Shown piece by piece: positions 54,201 through 64,000 of a DNA stretch of 64,000 bases. Under the pieces are notes generated by a model. It saw only the letters and a program-made list of their open reading frames with translations, had not been told where the DNA came from and made no database searches. The translations under genes and the position numbers were made by a program. The stretch is from the NCBI RefSeq assembly GCF_009914755.1, contig NC_060938.1; one strand, given 5' to 3'. The stretch is from the human T2T-CHM13v2.0 reference genome, Homo sapiens. How positions within the stretch are numbered: the first letter of the stretch is position 1; every line of letters starts with the position of its first letter.

Positions 54201-56234
54201 CCCCATCCCCCGGCCCTTAGGAAATTCAGTGCCCAATGCTTCCCTATAAATAGTTGTCAATAAACACAACTGCTGCAAATGTATTCAGTAAATGTTAAGG
54301 TCAAAGGCCTTCACTGTTTATTGCCTTGTAAACTCAAAGACAAGTGAATTTATTGCTTGAATGAGTTTCAGGGTATTGGCCTTCATAAAAGTTCTGAATC
54401 CCAGGTACAAAATGCTCCATCAACTCACACCAAAGCTATTCTGCACAAAACTTAGAGACCGCCCACCACTGGATTCATAATTCAAACACGTCTTGGAAAG
54501 TGTATTGTTTGCCATGTTGCATAGATCCCCATGGATTAGTGCTGAATCGTGCCTGTCATTATTACAAGAACCGGCTTCAGCCAAACTATAAATTGTTGTT
54601 GCTTCTTAAATAATATCACATATTAGCCTACCAACGTAAACTCTCCAAAATACAATAGATGTCAAGAATGGAAGAGTTTCTAATTTTTTTCTAGCCTTCC
54701 CAGAAGGAAAATGTCCAAAAACTCCTTGATATAAAATTTGTCAAATTTAAAAGGAAAGGACAACTTTTATATCAGATCACATAAGAGTGTATGGGCTACT
54801 TCAGAAAATTAAATTTTCATATTATTCAAACACTAATTTTTTCAATGTTTCAACATGCCATTTGGCAGCTTTATATATCTGTGTAGCACCCTAGGAAAGC
54901 TTGCAAAAGGAGATCATAAGACAATTATTGGATATTGTTACCTTTAAAAATTCCTACAAAAGATTTAGGAAAGAAGTTCAAATTTGTAATTTAAAAATTG
55001 GTATATAATTATGTGCACATTTCATTGGTCTTTGTAAATATTTTCTTTACCATATAGATATTTTAAAGTTGAATTAATTTCTATGAATAAAGCCTAACTG
55101 TGGGCTCCAGGACTGTTGAGCTTTACCATCTTGATTGTGGACCAAAGCAATGTAATATACAAAGGCTACGGTAGTAATACCAGGAATGCCACATTTACCA
55201 TGAAGTTCAAAATCAAATACCAAACTCAAACCACTGATGGTAAAAATAAAATTACCTAGACTTCTGATACTCTTTCTGTTGTGATAGCTATGGCTTCCAA
55301 GGAGTGTTGCTGAAATCCTCCCTTGTATAAGCCTGAATTAAAATGACATTAAATATCTTTCAACTGTCAAAATGTAGAGAATTTTTACATTTACACATAT
55401 ACTAATCACACTACAAAATGCAGGTTTGGGCTTACTGTTGGCTTAAGTCATTTTTTGACGTTACATGGGGAAAAGTTGAATTTTCCATCTAGTTTATCTC
55501 AGGTGAAGTACTAGATTATATCACTTCCATGCTTAACAAATTCCCTTCACCCTAACACATATTAAACTACTCTCCAATTTTCTATGAAGCATGGTCTTAA
55601 TCAGGAATTCCTTCTCGTATATAAGATCATAATAACATAATTGGAAAATATTAAGGTACATTTTTCCTATTTCTAATCAAATGAGTTCAATGAAAATTAA
55701 ATATATTAGATGACTTATAAAATATCCTATGCACAAAAGGAATGCATTCTTTAAGAAACATTTTGTAGGAATCTACTCTGCATTACTGAGATAATTAAGA
55801 CAGGATCCCTGCTCTCAAGGAATTGAGAGACCAGCAGGGTGGGGAGTGTGGTGTGAAAACAAATGACCACAATGTCCTATGACAGCCACAGAGGGACTTC
55901 ATATAACTGGCAGAGTTTAGAGGTGGCAAGGCAAAGCAGGAGGTGATAACTCTGCCTGTGCCTCCTTTTTCTTTTTTAATTACTAATACCTCATCACCCC
56001 ATGAAATAGCCACATAATGAATTGACTGAAATCCAAATTATTTTCATGCAAAAAACCTTTCTGTTTACCTAGGACAAGATAGAAATAATAAATATTCATG
56101 GTGTTTACAAGTATGGAGTCTCTAAACAAGCTGAAGTGAATCATCTTTTAGAAGAATATAACTTCTGGAAGGTAGCATAAAAATTCTACTCCTTTTATTC
56201 TTTAAAATGATGTATACGTTGGGCATTTATTTTA

Positions 56235-57323
56235 GATATATGAAAACTATGTTCATGCTAAACCTGTACATGAATACTCATAGCAGCTTTATTCATAATA
56301 GCCCAAAACTGGAAACAACATAAATGTCTTTCAATGGGTAAATGATTAAACAAACTGTGGTACATTAATACCATGGAATATGACTCAGCAATAAAAAGGA
56401 GCAGACTATTGATAGGCATAATAACTGGAATGACTATCCAGGGATTATGCTGAGTCCAAAAACAAAAAAGCTAATCCTGAAAGATTACATAGTGTATGAT
56501 TTCATTTATAAAACATTTGTGAAGTGACAAAATTTTAGGAATGGAGGACAGATTAGTAGTGGCCAGGGGTTAAGGAAAGGTGAGGGCATGGGCAGGATAG
56601 AGGTGGGTGTGGCTATAGAAGAGCAATGTGAAGGATCCTTGCAGTTATGGAACTGTTCAGGGTCTAGAAGTAGTGGTGAAACATGAACACACATGACAAG
56701 ATTGTACAGAACTAAGCACATGAACACATATGCATGCACATATGCACACACACAGGTGAGCACAAATAAAACCGGGGAAGTCCGAACAAGATCAGTGGAT
56801 TGTATTATTGTTAATACCCTGGTTATGATATTATACTATAGTTTTTTGCAAAATGCTACCACTGAGGGAAACTGGCAAAGATTATGTGGTATCTCTCTCA
56901 ATATGATTTGGCTGTGTCCCCACACAAATCTCTAATCGTACTTCCCTTAATTCCCATGTTTCATGGGAGGGACCCCATGGGAGGTAATTGAATCATGACA
57001 GTAGGTCTTTCCTGTGCTGTTCTCGTGATAGTGAATACATCTCATGATATCTGATGGTTTTATAAAGGGGAGTCCCCTGCACAAATTCTCTTTGCCAGCC
57101 ACCATGTAAGACATCTTTTTGTTCTTCCTTCATCTCCCACCATGATTGTGAGGCCTCCCTAGCCATGTGGAACCGTGAACCAATTAAACCTCTTTCCTTT
57201 ATAAATTACCCAGTCTTGGGTATGTCTCTACTAGCAGCATGAAAATGGACTAATACATCTCTGTACTATTTCTTATAACTGCTTGTAAATCTAAAACTAT
57301 CTCATTAAAACTTTAATTAAAAA
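56235..57323 (+). mobile_element. L1MC1/2-like 3' end, interrupted by THE1
   Basis: catagcagctttattcataatagcccaaaactggaaacaac...ggaggacagattagtagtggccaggggttaagg...tgtactatttcttataactgc. Confidence 0.85.
56899..57257 (+). mobile_element. THE1B-like solo LTR
   Basis: (ca)atatgatttggctgtgtccccac...ggactaataca; perfect 5-bp TSD tctct at 56894-56898 and 57258-57262. Confidence 0.92.
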
Positions 57324-57331
57324 TATCTTAA

Positions 57332-57605
57332 GGCTGGGTGCAGGGACTCATGCCTGTAATCTCAGCACTTCAGGAGGCCAAGGCAGGAGGATCACTTGAG
57401 CCCAGGAGTTTGAGAACAGCCTGGGAAACATTTGAGATCATGTCTCCACAAAATATATTTTTTTTAAATATAACTGGGTGTGGTGGTGCATGCCTGTTGG
57501 CCCAACTACTTGGGAGGCTAAGGTGGAGGATCACTTGAGCCGTGATCGTGCCACTGCACTCCAGCCTGGGCGACAGTGAGACCCTGCCTTAAAAAAGAGA
57601 AAAAT
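57332..57605 (+). mobile_element. AluJ with a right-arm deletion
   Basis: Diverged dimer; ttgagcc is joined directly to gtgatcgtgcc. Confidence 0.88.
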
Positions 57606-60050
57606 TAAAATTTTAAATTAAAAGTTATATGTGTGTGATATATTATTAAATTATATAGGCACAATGTGAGAGACTTCACTAGCATGGTACAATGTTAACA
57701 CAAAAAGAAGAATGTCAGCTGTGATCCATCTATCTAGTCTTCTCAAAACTCCTAGCTCTGAGCTGGATTAGTCAAGGATAAAAGGACCTACCTTATAGGT
57801 CTTACCAACTATGTCTGAATACTGGTATTAATAGTAAGTCTGACTTTGATTTTTTAAGCAGCTTCTGAGGGACTATTCCTCATTCATGAACTTTGCTGGA
57901 GGGCAATGAGGAAGGTGAATTTAACTTTCAATCCATATTGATAGCCAGTATAATAGACAAAAGAATCCTCATTAACTAATTCACTACCTGGTACACTGCA
58001 GCTTTCAGTTTTTAAAATGACACTAAAACTAAGCCGCTGCAGGATATAAAGGCAACAATTGAACTAAAGTGACCTGCATCTAGAAATATGTTAATTACTT
58101 GATGCTGAAAACACGGAAGGGATTAGAGGGATTCCGAAGCGTTTGCTGAAACCTTCCATCGAGCCGAGTCCACGAGGGAGCTGAGCTCCTGACCACATTC
58201 TGACACCAGCAAAGGGCCGCTCTCTCTCTTACCCTTAGGCTCTTCAGGATCTAAAGCACTTTTGATAAAGATTGTTCCTATGATCAAGGCATTGATTATG
58301 CCTGTGTCTTTCAGCACAGGTAGAAATGTATTTCAGATAAGACAATTCCGCGTTTGAAAAGTGATCCACAGTCTTTCAGGTGAAAGACATCTCTGCAGAA
58401 ACACTCTTTAGATTAAAGCCCCCTAAGAAGCAGAAAAGCTTTTAACATAGGGAGCCCCTTATTCACCATAAGTCCATGAAAAATGATGCTGTGCTGACCC
58501 TTTATTGACAAAACCAAAATGAGGTAAGCTTGTCTATGAACTGAAGGAAGAAAGATGGGACCAAAAAATGCTGTGAATAAAAGCCTATAATTCCAGCCTT
58601 CCCACCACAGCCTGTGTCACGAAGGTCCTTTGTTCATACGTAGTGTATACAAAGAAGAGGGAAAGCACAGTTTAAAACCAGAAGTTGATTAATTGGCTTT
58701 GGGAGCTTCACTCAACCTGAACTTGTTTCCTGAGCATCAAAATAGAAATCATGATTCCTCCCTTACCAAATTCACAGACTGTTAGGAGAATTCAATGAGA
58801 AAATATATTCAAAGGCTTTAAATTTTGAATCCACTGTACAAAGATAAAGGTTACTATTAACAGTCTAAAGGGGAGACGTATATTATTAAAAAATCAACAG
58901 AGAGTACTCCCTAATTTGCATCCTGAAGTGTGCTTCTAAATCAAAACCCTACCTGAAGATTTGTTGATAAGGAGAAAAAAATGCAGGAAGAATATGTGTT
59001 TAATTGTTAAATCAGTTTTCTTTGAGAAAACTCATGATTTACCTAGAATTCTACTGAGTATGGTAGGTGATAGGAGAAAAAAAAAACTAGGATAATCATG
59101 AAATAATTTTGTCTAATGAGAGTCAATAGTCAAAGTGAGATTTCTGAAAGAATACCTCTATAATTCGTTGATCAACTGGTCAGTTTTCGTGTGACTGTAT
59201 GGAAACCCCGCCATTGTTTGTTTGGTTGTTCTGTTGTGTTGTGTTTGCATTATGCTGTTAGGTTTCGAGGACTGATGGTCCCATTTCACAAGTGAGAAAG
59301 GTGGAGACCAAAGGGAATCAAGGCTCACCAGCTTAGTACATACAGGCTGATTTCACATAATTAAAGTCAACACTCCTGCTTAAAGGAAACACCCGACAAG
59401 CAAGGTGCATCCATGAGCAGCCCGTGATCTTTGCCAGATTCTGAAAAGAGGCATATAGAAAAGCGCTTCTTTAGCTCAATAGGATTCCTTGCAAATTCAG
59501 GACAAACCTTCAGATCTGCCCAATGTCTTGGATGCACACGGTGGCTAAGCAACACTGCCTTCCAGTGGCAACAACATGTCTTAAGAAATCAAAAACCAGA
59601 GTAGGTTATGGTATTTCACCTTGGTAGTGCCTGTTTGTCCTTAAGGTCAAGGAAACACCGAAAGAGTATTTTCAAACCTTCAGTGTAGGCACTAATTTTA
59701 AATTTACATATTAATAATCTTTCTTAGCACTTGTTGAAAATGTTCAGAGCACCTTCCTCCCTTTAGTAGATGGTAATCCCACTCAGAGCAATTACATTAT
59801 TCAAATAACATCACAGCATAACTCTGTGGACTAAATTGAGTGCAGTAATACTGTATTTCATCATCAAAAGCATCACCAGTAGCCAGTGGTTCTGGATATA
59901 ACAAAATCAAGCTGATGTCTGGCAAAGTGGTTGTTCAAAGATGTTTATGAACTTAAAGAATGTCCAATTTTTTCCTCACTAAAATCAGTCTACTCATTCC
60001 TTTCTCATATTTCTCTTAAATTCTCCAAAACACAGAATTGAAGATATTCA

Positions 60051-60359
<309 letters not shown>

Positions 60360-61259
60360 TTATTGTGTGGCACTTTTTTAGTCCATGCTAACTAGGAAAT
60401 GTCATTTCCACTTTGTCTCTTAGCCCAAAAATATCTTCTCTAATTATCCCCCACCCTGAATCCTCCATTCCCGCTGGCCTGTCTGAAACTTCACAGTGAG
60501 TTGATGGAATTTGTCCTCGTCTTGTTATCTATGACTTAACTGTCACCTTCCCTGTCTGTCTCATGGCAGGGCTTCTGTGTTTTGGGATCCACATCTTAAG
60601 TGCTACCATTATTTAGCTCAGCTCTTCCTGAGCTGCTGTTGCTACATAGATAGCTCCAGAATTTACATTTCTAAGGGGTCTGAGCTAGTTATACCAAAAG
60701 GCCTGCCCAGTTGGGGGTAGTCAGAAGAGTGATGCCAACACTGGAAAGATCTCCCATATCTGAGGGTATCACAGCACTCCTTGAAAGTTTTCTCACTGAT
60801 AATCCCAACATCCTTGAGAAGAACTGAATAGCCTCATCTAGCAACTGGAGGGGGAAACTGAGACATACAGAAGTTTCATAAGTGTCTCAACAGGGGATTG
60901 GTCAAAATGCAATAAATCATTTTGCAGCATAAAATGCAACCATTAAAATAATGATTCGGATAAATATTTATTGAGGTAGAAAGATGGCTACAATACCATT
61001 AAAGAGACAAAAAAAAAACAGGTCACCAGACTTAATGCACCACGTGATTGTCTAGTAAATGTGTGTGTTTGCACACACTCATGCACAGAAGCACCACTGA
61101 TCTAAAGCTACCCACATACAATCCCTATTAGTCCTACCAATAGCCATTCAGTTATTCTCAAACAGAAAACAAACAAACAAACAAACAAAAAACCCTAAGT
61201 AAACTGAGTTATTGGGTTTTTTTAAATAAAAAAAGCTTTGAAAACAAGTTCTCTAGCCC

Positions 61260-61466
61260 TAGTGGTGTGCTGGTAAATGTTTCACAACTAGTTCGCTAGG
61301 GAAAAAAGCTCTGATTTGTAGCTTCTGCCAACTTCTATACTGTAAACACCCTCAACAGGATTAATTTCAAACTCCCAAATTGATGTTACCAAACATAGTG
61401 TTGGGAAGAGATGCTCACAATAGGCTCAACTACCCTTGAATGTGGGCCAGCTTCAGTGACCCACTG
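61260..61466. mobile_element. MER63A-like (hAT-Blackjack) DNA transposon
   Basis: agtggtgtgctggtaaatgttt...ttgggaagagatgc...ccagcttcagtgacccactg with terminal inverted repeats. Confidence 0.75.
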
Positions 61467-62117
61467 CCTTGCCCCCACATTCAAACAAAGCATAATGTTG
61501 TAGGCCCCTCTTACATAAAATATACCACAGAATACTGTATATGTTTTAGGTGGCTTTTCTTTTTTATTGTCAATCTGTATTTTCTACCTCTTCAAAAAAG
61601 ACTGTATGTTTTCTGTTTACTTAAATTTAAAAAGAAACTGTTTCTTTTATTACCTTGAGGTGGAGAAGGTCATTGTAACTATGACACAAAACCCAGAAGC
61701 CATAGATAAATTCGATAAATTCAACTACATAAAACTAAAGCCTTTTACATGGTGAAAAAGCCTTTAAAAGCAAAGTGAAAACAAATGACAAACTGCAAAA
61801 AAAAAAAAAAAAAAAAAGTGCAACCTGTTTTTCAGAAACACCATCTACTCTCACCAACATATAATCACTTTGCAACTGACAACCTGATAGACAAATAAGC
61901 AAGTATTTGAATAGACATTCAAAAAGAAAGCAAAAAAGAGATGATTCTTAAAGAATAGGTCCCCCATTCCCATAAAAGGAAAAATGCTATGTAAAATTTA
62001 CATGGAGATGCCATTTGTTTAACCTCTCAGATTGGTAAAGATTCAGAAATTTTGAATGCACATTCTGCGAGTTAGGGCTGTGTTGGGAGTTTAAATTGGG
62101 ACAAACTCCATGGAGAG

Positions 62118-62616
62118 TGTGGCCATCTGAATAATGACCCCACAAAGATGTCCACATGCTACTCCCTGTAACCTGTGACTATATTACCTTACATGGCAAA
62201 AGGAACTTTGCATAAGTGATTAAAGTTGCAGATCTAAAAATGGAGAGTGTGTCCTGGATTATCCAGGTGAGCCCAATATCATCATAATGCTCTTTACAAA
62301 AGTGGGGCAGGAGTGTCAGAGCCAGCAGAGCTGTGATAACAGAAGCAGTGGCCAGAGAAAGAGAGATTTGCAGATGCCACACAGCCAGTCTTAAAGATGG
62401 AGGAAGAGATCGCAAGCCAAGGAATGCAGGTAGCTTCAAGAATCTGGAAAAGGCAAGGAAATGGATTCTCCCCTAGAGCCTCCAGAAGGAGCACAGCCCT
62501 GCCACATCTTGGTTTGAGGACTTTAGGCCTCCAGAATTGTAAGATAATAATTTTGTGCTGTTTAAAACCACTGCATTTGTGGTAATTTGTTGTAGCAGCT
62601 ATGGGAAACTAACATG
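62118..62616 (+). mobile_element. MLT1D-like MaLR solo LTR
   Basis: tgtggccatctgaataatgaccccacaaagatgtccac...ggaaactaaca; TSD gagag/gagaa. Confidence 0.88.
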
Positions 62617-62677
62617 GAGAACAACTTGGCAAACTACAAATGTATGCATGTACTCTGGCCCAACAGCTCCGTATCTA

Positions 62678-63142
<465 letters not shown>

Positions 63143-63805
63143 TTATGCTGTGGTATGAGAAGATCTCCAAGATATTGGAGGTGAAGAAAAGAAGACGCTT
63201 TTACTGCAATGAGCACAGTGGGTCCAATATGCTGACAGCTGTGTAGAAATCGGGAAGAGGGAGGATATATACTTATTTGTGTATCTATGCATAAATATCT
63301 CTAGAAGGAAAAATAAGAAACTAATAGTATGTGTTGCCTACAAGAGAAGGAACTGGATGGCTGAACAAGAAAAGGGAAAGGGAGACTTCTTACTGTATAC
63401 CTTTCATGTTTTATTGAAATCTCTGTAAGTAATATGAATAGATTACCCATTCAAAAATGTAAATAAAAACAAAAAGATTACAAACTAAACAAGAAAGAGA
63501 TTATGTAACTTGGCCACCCACCCAGCCAGTAAAGACACCATGATCACCAGTGGGCCTTTACAGAACCTTTCATTGTTTTTGAGGTTGGCTGTGCCATGAA
63601 TTCCAATCATCTAGAACCACAGGAGTGAATGCAGGGTGTGGCCTAAGGAGCAGGGTGAGAGCGCGATGTGGTAGTCTGATGGGATGTGGATGAAGGTCTG
63701 TGGTTAGCTAAAGCAGAGTTAACCTTACATTGTCTCTAAGTCAGGGCAGGAATTCTTCCTAAGTCCCTTCCGAGACCCTGTCCAGCCACAGAAACTCTAT
63801 GAGCT

Positions 63806-63945
63806 GGGTTGCCAGATTCAAAAATGAAACTACAGGATGACCAGTTACATTTGAATTCCAGATAAACAAAAATAATTTGAAAGCATTTGCTGTTTATCTG
63901 AAATTCAAATATAACTGGGCATCCTGTATTTTATTCAGCACCTCT
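63806..63945. mobile_element. MER53 palindromic DNA element with central deletion
   Basis: gggttgccagatt...tacaggatgaccagttacatttgaattccagataaaca / tgtttatctgaaattcaaatataactgggcatcctgta. Confidence 0.85.
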
Positions 63946-64000
63946 ACGTGTAAGGAGCCCCATGGCCTGGGGAGAGAGGCAGTGCAGCACACGAAGGCCA

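Overview
This is repeat-rich, non-coding primate genomic DNA. AluJ/AluS/AluY, THE1, MER52 and L1PA elements make it catarrhine and probably human; the species and locus cannot be fixed from sequence alone. I recognise no protein-coding exon, tRNA, rRNA, CRISPR array or prokaryote-type system. The ORF track is explained by L1 ORF2 remnants, Alu and LTR sequence, microsatellites and chance. The window holds 12 Alus, about 11 LTR or solo-LTR pieces (several with clear TSDs), about 9 L1 fragments, many MIR/L2 pieces, several MER DNA transposons, microsatellites and a 39-bp minisatellite. The main leads are: (i) a sharp switch in LTR/L1 orientation near 33 kb, next to a candidate minus-strand terminal exon (acceptor at 35763), suggesting convergent transcription units; (ii) an AT-rich, CpG-retaining element near 20 kb with HOX/CDX, TCF, SOX and FOX motifs (candidate enhancer); (iii) a 39-bp VNTR that multiplies splice-donor motifs; (iv) two closely spaced inverted Alu pairs; (v) several well-formed candidate exons, including a 15-nt microexon. 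None of these is a demonstrated new biological system; all are hypotheses. Repeat subfamily names come from recalled consensus sequences and need RepeatMasker/Dfam confirmation.
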